A DNA stretch of 64,000 nucleotides, taken from NCBI GenBank assembly GCA_012514745.1, contig JAAYZR010000002.1, forward strand, positions 40,962 to 104,961, in the 5' to 3' direction. Positions 34,154 to 42,719 of this stretch are shown piece by piece (positions within the stretch are counted from its first letter, which is position 1; each line of letters begins with the position of its first letter). Both the position numbers and the translations under genes were made by a program. The DNA is from Candidatus Undivivens industriae. Its GTDB lineage: Bacteria > Omnitrophota > Gorgyraeia > Gygaellales > Profunditerraquicolaceae. Below the pieces are notes generated by a model that saw only the letters and a program-made list of their open reading frames with translations, had not been told where the DNA came from and did not search any database.

Positions 34154-36877
34154 ATGCTTCAGATGATGAATTCAACCCGGCGCAGGAAGATCGGCGCGGC
34201 GCTCGTTCTATTCTTGCTTTTCTTATTAGCGTATACGGCGCACAATACGGTTTATCTGAAAAGAAACGCCGGATTCTACTGTCTGGAACAGTCTCTTTAT
34301 GATTCGGTGCAGCATTTTTATTCCGCTCAGGATAATCCCCGCAGCCTGCCGCATATAATCTGGAGACTCGTCGGCCCCGAGGCCGGGGAAAGGGGCCTGT
34401 ATGAATTATTCTGCTGGCCGTTCTTTTTCCTGTTCGGGGTATCCTATCAGACGGCAATTTATCCCAATTTTCTTTTTCTTCTTCTTCTGGCCTGCAGTGT
34501 ATATAAAACCGGGGTGTTGGTAAAGAACCGGGAGGTCGGATACCTGGCGGCATTTCTGACGCTTATGTATCCTGCCGTTTTCGGATTCTCGAGGATCTAT
34601 TTTACCACGCTCGCCGTCACGAGCCTGGTATCCGTGTGTAATTATTGTTTTCTTTCTTCCGGTCTTTTCAGGTCCGTCCGGAAGACGCTGCTTTTTGTGC
34701 TGTGCCTTCTGCTTCTCTTAAAGCTGAAGGCGGAGAAAAGCGTAATTTACGTCCTTTTTCCGGCGGGTCTTTATTTGTTTTCCGGTTTCAGACGCGGTTC
34801 AGGGAAGCCTTCATTTTCAGCACGTCAGGGGGTGAACATCGCGGCCGGGGCGGTTTTGTTCCTGTTGCTCTTTTTCATACTATTCAGGCAGGATTTTTTT
34901 TCGGGCCGAATCGGGTATTACCTGAATGACATAAAGAATTTCAGCTCCAGCCTGCGCATCGGCTCGGCTTCTTTCGTTATTACCGTGGCCACCGCGTATC
35001 TTAAGGATCTTTTTTCCACCCAATTAGGGAATTTGGGAGGTCTTTTTTTCATCGCCGCTTTCCCGTATTTTCTAAAGAGCGGAGTCCGTTTTAAATCCTT
35101 CCTGGTTTTCTGGATAACGATCCCGTATATTTTTCATACCGTTTATTACTGGTTTTCCGGGATACACTCCGCTTATTATACGGTTCAGTATCTTCCGGCG
35201 TTCGCCTTGATCTCTGCCTGCGGCATGCATAATATGTTTTCCCGGAGAAGAGAAACGGTAAAAATAGCCGTATATGCCGTGATAATCGCGCTCAGCCTGT
35301 CGAATTATACGCTTATTTCCCATTGCAACAGACAACTGCCGCTGCTGCGCAAGATTGCCAGCGACTCCTTCACAGGTAAAATGTCCATGTCCCTGATCCC
35401 CGGAGAGAACATAATCTTCGGGACGGCCCAGAAACTGGCCGAGGCTGTGGCGTCTACCGGCGGTTCGGCGCGCGTGGTCCTGGCCAATCACTATCCTTCG
35501 CTGCACTGGCTTTACGGAAAGATGCGCCTGCACAACAGTATCATGCGCTATCCGGTGTTTCTTTACGACTATTCATACAAGGTTTTCAGCCTGGAACCGC
35601 CGGACAAGAGGGCGTTGTTATCACAACGCTTCAAGAACGCAGATTTGATCATAGACGGGAAGAATATGTATCCGGTGGAGTCTTCCGGCAGGCTGGGCCT
35701 CTACCGTCAATTCGGGGCCTATTACGATTTCCGCGGGGTGATGAAGAATGAGGAAGAGGAGTACAAAGGAAGAATAGCGGATATGGAGAAGATATACAGC
35801 GTGAATACGGGGGAGAATAAGATCGACTTCTGGATCAGCCGGGAAGCTCGGCAGGCGTTCATCGCTAAAACCGGCAGGGATATCTGCGCATTCAGCAGAC
35901 AAGAGATAAGTTCCTTGATCCGGCGGCCGCTCGACAAAGGAAAGATCATGAATCAAAGAATAAAGTTCGTTTCTTCCGGGGGCAGGAATACCGTTTTCTG
36001 GAAAGACCGCGAACTTTTATCGTTCACGGCCCTGGAAGACTATAATACACCGGGATTCATCTCCCCAAACTTCTGCGTAGAGACAAAGAAGGGAGAACTG
36101 ATAGTTTCAAAAACGGATGAGTGCGGTAATGATGAAGGCGGCCATATTGAACAGGTCTGGACGATCCGTCTGGTAGGAGATATGCTCGATCTAAAATTGG
36201 AGATAGATACCAGGGATCAGTTGTGCCTGCGGTTACAGAGGCCACTTGTTTGTTTCTTGAGAAGAGCGGACGGTCCCGCTTGGGGCTGCGGGGTAAATTC
36301 CCGTAAAATCAGCTATTCCCGTGATATCGTTTTCGGCGGGCTCAAACAGCGCTTCTTTGAATACGAATCCGCAGCTAACGGCCCCTCTTTATCTCTTAAT
36401 AAGAAAATGTCTTTCTGCATCCCCAGTTTTTTCATTGCGCCCTTGCTGGGGCGGCACTACGATACACACGAATTATCACTGTTGCTGCACGGTATCGAAA
36501 GGCTCTATGGACAAAAGTTCCCGGCAAGAAGGATATTGACCGGAGGCCCGGGTTTGCGGGGGAGCATGTATGTCGGGATAGCGCCTGATGCCGATCTGCC
36601 CGGGATGATAATGATCTACGATTCCGGGTTATTGACCAGCCTGTATAGAGCGGATGAATACAGAATTGAGCCGGGGAACATCGGCATTCTTGCTCATGCC
36701 GGAGGAACGGTTACACTGGGCCCGGGTCGCTTTACGGTCCTCTCCTGCCGTATTATATTCTACGGCACGGCTGAGGATTTTTTCCTGGCCGCGGATAAAT
36801 TAAGACAGGATACAAGACCGGGGGACCGGCCGATAAAAATAAGATTGCTCCGTCAAGACACAGTTGACAAAAGATAG
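34154..36877 (+). CDS. Multi-pass GT-C fold (ArnT/PMT-like) glycosyltransferase with long soluble C-terminal extension
   Basis: About 11-12 TM segments in the first ~390 aa, LFGVS / GYLAAFL..YPAVFGFSR pattern; remainder soluble and unassigned. Confidence 0.65.
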   Translation: MLQMMNSTRRRKIGAALVLFLLFLLAYTAHNTVYLKRNAGFYCLEQSLYDSVQHFYSAQDNPRSLPHIIWRLVGPEAGERGLYELFCWPFFFLFGVSYQTAIYPNFLFLLLLACSVYKTGVLVKNREVGYLAAFLTLMYPAVFGFSRIYFTTLAVTSLVSVCNYCFLSSGLFRSVRKTLLFVLCLLLLLKLKAEKSVIYVLFPAGLYLFSGFRRGSGKPSFSARQGVNIAAGAVLFLLLFFILFRQDFFSGRIGYYLNDIKNFSSSLRIGSASFVITVATAYLKDLFSTQLGNLGGLFFIAAFPYFLKSGVRFKSFLVFWITIPYIFHTVYYWFSGIHSAYYTVQYLPAFALISACGMHNMFSRRRETVKIAVYAVIIALSLSNYTLISHCNRQLPLLRKIASDSFTGKMSMSLIPGENIIFGTAQKLAEAVASTGGSARVVLANHYPSLHWLYGKMRLHNSIMRYPVFLYDYSYKVFSLEPPDKRALLSQRFKNADLIIDGKNMYPVESSGRLGLYRQFGAYYDFRGVMKNEEEEYKGRIADMEKIYSVNTGENKIDFWISREARQAFIAKTGRDICAFSRQEISSLIRRPLDKGKIMNQRIKFVSSGGRNTVFWKDRELLSFTALEDYNTPGFISPNFCVETKKGELIVSKTDECGNDEGGHIEQVWTIRLVGDMLDLKLEIDTRDQLCLRLQRPLVCFLRRADGPAWGCGVNSRKISYSRDIVFGGLKQRFFEYESAANGPSLSLNKKMSFCIPSFFIAPLLGRHYDTHELSLLLHGIERLYGQKFPARRILTGGPGLRGSMYVGIAPDADLPGMIMIYDSGLLTSLYRADEYRIEPGNIGILAHAGGTVTLGPGRFTVLSCRIIFYGTAEDFFLAADKLRQDTRPGDRPIKIRLLRQDTVDKR

Positions 36878-36892
36878 CGGTTGTGCTACCGT
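36864..36892 (+). promoter_or_regulatory. sigma70 promoter directly in front of bamD
   Basis: TTGACA-17-TACCGT with TG extension; ATG lies 7 nt after the -10. Confidence 0.55.
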
Positions 36893-36899
36893 AAACACT

Positions 36900-37844
36900 A
36901 TGTTTACCAAGGTATTTCTTGTTATCTTCTCTCTCATCCTGCTGACGGATCAGTCCGCGTTCGCCTATTGGATATGGACTCCTAAAAGCGGTAAATGGGT
37001 CAATCCCAAGACCGCCGTGAAACCCACCCCGAAAGAACAGGCTGAGGCGGCGATTTTTCTGTTCGAAGGCAAGCATTACGACGAAGCCGGGAAAGAATTC
37101 CGAAAATTGATCAAGGCTTACCCCAAGTCGGCGGAAGCGGCTGTCAGCCAGTATTATCTTGGGAGAATAAATGAGGCCTCCGGTAAGCCTTACGAGGCGT
37201 TTAAGGCTTACCAGTTGTTGATCGATAAGTACCCTTTCTCCGATAAAATCCAGGAGGCTATCGAAAGACAGTACGGTATAGGAGAAGAGTTTGTTTCCGG
37301 CAAGAGAAAAGGCGTGTCGGCGGTATTCGCCCCGGAGAATCCGGGGGTGGAGATATTCTCCAAGGTGGTGGAGAATTCCAATTACGGACCGCTGGCGGAC
37401 AAGGCCCAGTACAAGCTCGGCCTTGTGCTCAAGGGCCTTTCGCGTTACTATGAGGCGGAAGAAGCCTTTTTCAAGCTGATCAAGACTTATCCGGACAGCG
37501 AATGGGTGCCTGCGGCCCAGTTTCAGATAGCCGCCTGCCGCGCCGCCGTCTCCCAGGGGCCGGATTACGACCAGGGCGCGACAAAGGAGGCAAAGGAAAG
37601 GTTTATGTCTTTCGTCAACACCCATCCGGACGCCGTTCTTTCGCCAGAGGCGCAGAAGAACATAGACGCGTTGAAGGACAAGGAAGCATGCAGCGCCTTC
37701 AATTCCGGCAGGTTTTACGAGAAACAAAGGATTTATCAGTCGGCCAGGATATATTATGAAGACGTGGTAAAGAATTATCCGGGCACCATGTGGGCCGCGA
37801 AATCGCTGGAAAGACTGCAGATCCTCGAGAGGAAGAAGAAATGA
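36900..37844 (+). CDS. bamD: Outer membrane assembly factor BamD-like TPR protein
   Basis: Signal peptide, TPR repeats (YPKS, YPFS, YPDS), PDYDQ, YYEDVVKNYPGT. Confidence 0.8.
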   Translation: MFTKVFLVIFSLILLTDQSAFAYWIWTPKSGKWVNPKTAVKPTPKEQAEAAIFLFEGKHYDEAGKEFRKLIKAYPKSAEAAVSQYYLGRINEASGKPYEAFKAYQLLIDKYPFSDKIQEAIERQYGIGEEFVSGKRKGVSAVFAPENPGVEIFSKVVENSNYGPLADKAQYKLGLVLKGLSRYYEAEEAFFKLIKTYPDSEWVPAAQFQIAACRAAVSQGPDYDQGATKEAKERFMSFVNTHPDAVLSPEAQKNIDALKDKEACSAFNSGRFYEKQRIYQSARIYYEDVVKNYPGTMWAAKSLERLQILERKKK

Positions 37845-38395
37845 AGCGTCTACGGTTTTTGTTCATACCGGCCGTTATTTCGGCTGCGGCGGGTTTCCTG
37901 CTTTCCTCCTGCGGCTACACCACCCGCTCAATGATAACCGGAAGTTACAAGACGGTTTACATCGCTCCTTTCGTCAATAAGGTCGATATTACCGGCGAGT
38001 CCGATTCCAGAGAGGGTTATAAAGTCTACCGTCCGATGCTGGAGAGCGATATTACCCGTACTCTTACGCGCCGTTTCCTTATGGACGGCAATCTTAAGCC
38101 GGTCGGCATAGAGAATGCGGATCTGATACTGAAAGGTGAACTGGTGGAATTCCGCAGGGATCCCCTGCGTTACAACACAGATAACGAAGTGGACGAATAC
38201 CGGATGAACTTGCTGGTGAACATAAGCCTCTGGGAACCCGGCGCAGACAAACCGCTCTGGGAAGAAAGGAATTTCACCGGTGACACCACTTATTTCGTCA
38301 GGGGAGTTGCCGCCAAGTCGGAGGACGCCGCCGTTAACGACGCGCTGCTCGATCTCGCCCGCAGAATAGTGGAGCGCACTGTTGAACAATGGTAG
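37841..38395 (+). CDS. lptE: LPS assembly lipoprotein LptE
   Basis: Lipobox LSSCGY, VYIAPFVN, ADLILKG, LARRIV; sits before holA. Confidence 0.82.
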   Translation: MKRLRFLFIPAVISAAAGFLLSSCGYTTRSMITGSYKTVYIAPFVNKVDITGESDSREGYKVYRPMLESDITRTLTRRFLMDGNLKPVGIENADLILKGELVEFRRDPLRYNTDNEVDEYRMNLLVNISLWEPGADKPLWEERNFTGDTTYFVRGVAAKSEDAAVNDALLDLARRIVERTVEQW

Positions 38396-39057
38396 CCGGA
38401 GATATCCTTGTCTATGTTTTTGCCGGAGAAGATTCCGCGGCAAAAACCCTTCGTTTGAACCAGCTTAAAGAAACATTCCTGCCTTCCGATACCCGGGAAT
38501 TCAACCTCGACGTTTTTTACGGCAACGATATGGACCTGCGTTCTTTGCAGGAAAGGATTTTGAGTATCCCGGTGAGCGCTTCCCGGCGGATGATAGTCCT
38601 GAAGAACGCCGGCGCATTGTCGTCTGCCGCGAAGAAATTCATCTCGGCTTACGCCCCGGCCGCAAACAAATCTATATTGCTTGTGGTGGATTTCGAACGG
38701 TTCGATCCCAAAGATCCTTTTCAGTCATCTTTATGCAGGGCCGGACGCCTTATCCGCTTTGGGGAAACTCCGCATGCGGACGTCTTTGTTCTTGCCGGGC
38801 AGTTACGCTCCGGGCGGGCGGCAGACGCGCTCCGGGGCTTACACAGCCTTATGGAATCCGGGGAGAAACCGGAACGCATTCTCGGAGGCCTGCGTTATTC
38901 CTGCGCTAAATGGGAAAAAGGACGTTCGGCGGCGGCTTTCAAGGAGATATTACGCTGCGATCTGCAGATAAAAACCGGTCGTCTGAAACCGCTTTTTGCC
39001 CTGGAGCGTCTTATTGCGGCTCTCGCCCGGCAAGCCCGCGCCGTCGGATCCGGATAA
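38389..39057 (+). CDS. holA: DNA polymerase III delta subunit, short form
   Basis: VYVFAGED, FNLDVFYG, C-terminal DLQIKTG...LERL; context lptE-holA-rpsT. Confidence 0.75.
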   Translation: MVAGDILVYVFAGEDSAAKTLRLNQLKETFLPSDTREFNLDVFYGNDMDLRSLQERILSIPVSASRRMIVLKNAGALSSAAKKFISAYAPAANKSILLVVDFERFDPKDPFQSSLCRAGRLIRFGETPHADVFVLAGQLRSGRAADALRGLHSLMESGEKPERILGGLRYSCAKWEKGRSAAAFKEILRCDLQIKTGRLKPLFALERLIAALARQARAVGSG

Positions 39058-39090
39058 AGAAACCGCCGGCAAGAATTCACCGGCGGCTTA
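39056..39090. terminator. Hairpin between convergent holA and rpsT
   Basis: AAAGAAA-CCGCCGG-loop-CCGGCGG. Confidence 0.55.
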
Positions 39091-39115
39091 CAGGTGTCGA
39101 CTATAGAGACGAGCT

Positions 39116-39379
39116 TCAGGTCGTCTTCATTACTTTTTTGTTTAGACGCGATTTGCGGCGGTCGGCCGTGGCAGGATGAATGATCTTTTTCTTGGCGGCC
39201 TTGTCCAGTTTGGAAAAAACTTCTTTAAGGGCTTTTTGCGCTTCCTGGGTGTTCTTGGACGCTACAAGCATCTGTAATTCCTTGATCTTTTTTTTGAGTT
39301 CTTTCTTGATCTTGAAATTACGCAGGTGTCTTTTCTTGCTTAATTTGTTCATTAATATGGAACTGCGTCTTCTTGGCAT
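39116..39379 (-). CDS. rpsT: 30S ribosomal protein S20
   Basis: LDKAAKKKIIHPATADRRKSRL; AAGGAG SD. Confidence 0.95.
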   Translation of the reverse strand: MPRRRSSILMNKLSKKRHLRNFKIKKELKKKIKELQMLVASKNTQEAQKALKEVFSKLDKAAKKKIIHPATADRRKSRLNKKVMKTT

Positions 39380-39458
39380 AACTTTCTCCTTGTGAATTTA
39401 TTATATACATAAAAGTCTGGTCATCAGACGGTTAGACGACGGATTGACCCGAAGTCCA

Positions 39459-39487
39459 ATTATACAACGGCGCCGGTAATTAATCAA
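39459..39487 (-). promoter_or_regulatory. rpsT promoter
   Basis: TTGATT-17-TATAAT on the minus strand. Confidence 0.65.
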
Positions 39488-39511
39488 TATTTTATTATCA
39501 CATGTCAAGGA

Positions 39512-41098
39512 ATGCCCGTGACAAGAGAGTTACATAATCAATGCAGGGGGATGATGCGTTCCGCCGGATTGATCGGTGCGGCGACCCTGTGTTCCCGCAT
39601 CCTCGGTTTCTGCCGGGACATAGTCATAGCCCGCATGTTCGGCGTATACGTTTACGCCCAGGCTTTCGTCGTGGCCTTCCGCATCCCGAATCTCTTTCGT
39701 GATATAGTCGGAGAAGGCGCGGTGAATTCGGCTTTTGTGCCGGTGTTCAGCCGCTACGCCCTCAGGCGAGACAAGGCCGAGTTCTGGGAACTGGCCAATG
39801 TCCTGCTTAACGTCCTTCTGGTCGTGCTTGCGGCGATAGTCCTGGCCGGCGTGGTCTTTTCTCCCTTTATAATCAGGGTTTTCGCTCCGGGGTTCACCGC
39901 AGACCCAGTCAAATTCCAGACGACAGTGCTGCTTAACAGGCTGGTTTTTCCTTATTTACTGCTGATAAGCCTGGCGGCATATACCATGGCCATGCTGAAT
40001 TCCTTAGGCCATTTCAAGGCTCCGGCATTTGCGCCGTGCCTGTTGAATATTTCAATTATCCTTTGCGCCCTTTTTTTCGGGGAAGGGATAACCGGCCTGG
40101 CCTCCGGCATCCTGATAGGCGGGGTTCTTCAGTTGGCGGTGCAGATTCCGGCGGTCTACGCCCACGGATTCCGCGTAAAGGGGTTCTTGACTAAATTCAG
40201 CCATCCGGGCGCGGCCGAGGTCGTCCGTCTTCTCGTGCCGCGATTATTCGGCACGTGTATTTATCAGCTCAATAATTTCGTCGATTCGGTTTTCGGCTCG
40301 CTGGCTTTCGCCGTGGGAGAGGGCGGAGTAGCCGTGCTTTATTTCGCCTACAGGCTGGTGCAATTTCCTGTGGGGATATTCGGCAACGCCGTGGCGCAGG
40401 CGTCCCTGCCGCTGATGTCCGCACAGGCCGCAGGCGATGACGGGACCGGCGATCTCAAGGCCACTCTTGTGACCAGCCTGCGCCAGGTGTTCTTTCTGAT
40501 GGTACCGGCATCGGCATTTTTTATTGCTCTTTCCGGCCGGCTCATAGAAGGGATTTTTAGCGGGGGCAGGTTCGACGCCTACGCTTCGTCCGCCACGGCG
40601 GATGCGCTCTCCTGTTATAGTATAGGACTATGCGCTTATGCCGGCAGTAAAGTGCTGAATTCCTGCTTTTTCGCCATGCATGATACCGCCTCCCCTGTGA
40701 AGGTATCAGCGGCGGCACTGATGATCAACGTCATACTTAATGCTTTATTGATGTTTCCTTTAAAAATAAAAGGGCTGGCCCTGGCAAGTTCCGTGTCGGG
40801 AATCGTTTCTTTCCTTATGCTTATCCGGATACTCGACAAAAAGACCGGGGGGCTTGATCTTGGGGTGATAGCGGTTTCTTTGGCGAAGCTGCTCGCCGCC
40901 GGCGCGGCCGCCGGATACGCCTGTTTTTTTATTTCGTCGAGACTGCCCGGTTACTGCCGGGGCGATGGTTTCTTTTTTCACGCGGCATTGCTGGCCGTGT
41001 ACTTTGTCTGCTGCTGCGCCGTATATATCGCCGTGTGCAAGATGTTAAGGTGTCCGGAGCCGGGAGAGTTGCTGGGATGGATGAAGAAAAAACTTTGA
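39512..41098 (+). CDS. murJ: Lipid II flippase MurJ
   Basis: SRILGFCRD, AFRIPNLFR, GEGA..SAFVP, RLVQFP. Confidence 0.96.
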   Translation: MPVTRELHNQCRGMMRSAGLIGAATLCSRILGFCRDIVIARMFGVYVYAQAFVVAFRIPNLFRDIVGEGAVNSAFVPVFSRYALRRDKAEFWELANVLLNVLLVVLAAIVLAGVVFSPFIIRVFAPGFTADPVKFQTTVLLNRLVFPYLLLISLAAYTMAMLNSLGHFKAPAFAPCLLNISIILCALFFGEGITGLASGILIGGVLQLAVQIPAVYAHGFRVKGFLTKFSHPGAAEVVRLLVPRLFGTCIYQLNNFVDSVFGSLAFAVGEGGVAVLYFAYRLVQFPVGIFGNAVAQASLPLMSAQAAGDDGTGDLKATLVTSLRQVFFLMVPASAFFIALSGRLIEGIFSGGRFDAYASSATADALSCYSIGLCAYAGSKVLNSCFFAMHDTASPVKVSAAALMINVILNALLMFPLKIKGLALASSVSGIVSFLMLIRILDKKTGGLDLGVIAVSLAKLLAAGAAAGYACFFISSRLPGYCRGDGFFFHAALLAVYFVCCCAVYIAVCKMLRCPEPGELLGWMKKKL

Positions 41099-42357
41099 TT
41101 TTAAGAAAAATGGCCGCGGCACTGCCGGACGGTCCCGGGGTGTATTTTTTTAAAAACGCGGTCGGGGCGCTTCTTTACGTCGGGAAAGCGAAGTCCTTAA
41201 GAAAAAGGGTTTCTTCCTACTTTTCCGGTCCGCATCCGGCCAGGACAGCCGCTTTGGTGGGAAAAACAGAGCGGATAGATTTCGTTACCACCGGCAGCGA
41301 ACGGGAAGCGGATCTGCTTGAAGCCTCAATTATAAAAGAAAAACAGCCGCATTATAACGTATCCAGGAAAGACGACAAAACATTCCCGTTCATCAGTATC
41401 GGCGGCGGCGATTTTCCCGCCGTAATGCTGGTGCGCAGGCGGGGGAAACCGGAAGCCGGGGCGGGGTATTACGGACCTTATACCGACGCGGCTTTCGCCA
41501 GGTCCGCTTTGAAGATCGTGCGCAGGCTTTTCGGGTTTCGTTCCTGCGCGAAACTGCCGAAAGAGCCCTGTCTTTATTCCAGGCTCGGACTTTGTCCAGT
41601 TCCCTGCGCGGGCCGCATCTCTCCGGAGGATTACGCCGCCGTCATCAGGCGCGTCAAGCTCTTCCTGGAAGGAAATTATGAGATACTCATCTCCGACCTG
41701 TCGGTCAGAATGGAACGGGCCGCCGGCGAAAAGGATTTTGAGGCGGCGGCCGGGTTGCGGGATCAGATCTCCGCTTTGTCCGCGATGAGGGCCGGAGGCA
41801 GCCGCAGGGAATTGGATGATCTGAAACGCAGGCTGCGCCTGAAGAGCGTCCCGGAACGCATAGAGGCTTTCGATATCTCCTGCATCCAGGGGAGGGAATC
41901 GTGCGGTTCTCTTGTTTCTTTCAACGGCGGCGGTCCGGATAAGCATAATTACCGCCGTTTCCGCATAAAGCAGGAACAGGGGATGAACGATTTCGCCATG
42001 ATGAAGGAAGTCGTTTTTCGCCGTTATTCCCGGCTGCTCAGGGAGAATCTGCCGCTGCCCGACTTGATCATCATAGATGGAGGCAGAGGCCAGGTTTCTT
42101 CCGCTCTTTCCGGACTGTCCGAGGCCGGGGTTTTCGGTATTCCGCTGATAGGTATAGCGAAACCGGAACGGGGCGCCGCCCGCAGAGGACGTTCCGCAAG
42201 GAGTATGGAGAAGGTATGTTTCGCCGACGGAAGGGAAATGGTCTTTTCCGGGGAAAGCGCCGGTCTTAACCTGCTGCGCAGGATCCGCGACGAAGCGCAC
42301 AGATTTGCGGTTTCTTATCATCGCCTTCTGCGTAATAAAAGAATGCTGGGAAAATGA
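41077..42357 (+). CDS. uvrC: Excinuclease ABC subunit C (no C-terminal HhH domain)
   Basis: PGVY..YVGKAKSLRKRVSSYF (GIY-YIG), FEAAAGLRD, IEAFDIS, IIDGGRGQ, RDEAHRFA. Confidence 0.93.
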   Translation: MDEEKTLILRKMAAALPDGPGVYFFKNAVGALLYVGKAKSLRKRVSSYFSGPHPARTAALVGKTERIDFVTTGSEREADLLEASIIKEKQPHYNVSRKDDKTFPFISIGGGDFPAVMLVRRRGKPEAGAGYYGPYTDAAFARSALKIVRRLFGFRSCAKLPKEPCLYSRLGLCPVPCAGRISPEDYAAVIRRVKLFLEGNYEILISDLSVRMERAAGEKDFEAAAGLRDQISALSAMRAGGSRRELDDLKRRLRLKSVPERIEAFDISCIQGRESCGSLVSFNGGGPDKHNYRRFRIKQEQGMNDFAMMKEVVFRRYSRLLRENLPLPDLIIIDGGRGQVSSALSGLSEAGVFGIPLIGIAKPERGAARRGRSARSMEKVCFADGREMVFSGESAGLNLLRRIRDEAHRFAVSYHRLLRNKRMLGK

Positions 42358-42638
42358 AAAAAAAGAGAACCGGTCTGAGTCCATTCGCGCTTGAAGTGTA
42401 TCTTACCGTCGCTTCCATTCCCTACGGTCAAGTGCGCACTTATAAATGGGTGGCGGCTAAGATGGGGAAGGAGCTGGCCTGCCGCGCCGTGGGGACCGCC
42501 CTGAAGAATAACCCTTGGCCGATGCTCATCCCTTGCCACCGTGTGGTGAAAAGCGGAGGAGATGCCGGGGAATATGTTTACGGCAGGGAGATGAAGAAGT
42601 TTTTGATAGAATTTGAGCGAAAAACGGCCAAGATATGA
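42354..42638 (+). CDS. Methylated-DNA--protein-cysteine methyltransferase (C-terminal domain only)
   Basis: IPYGQVRTY, RAVGTAL..NP..IPCHRVV. Confidence 0.9.
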   Translation: MKKKRTGLSPFALEVYLTVASIPYGQVRTYKWVAAKMGKELACRAVGTALKNNPWPMLIPCHRVVKSGGDAGEYVYGREMKKFLIEFERKTAKI

Positions 42639-42719
42639 TATAATCAGAACTCAAGGTTTTCTTCGGATAAGTGGCGGCGGGGAGGTGATTTCCCCGTAGG
42701 CGACAGCGGAGGTACCATT

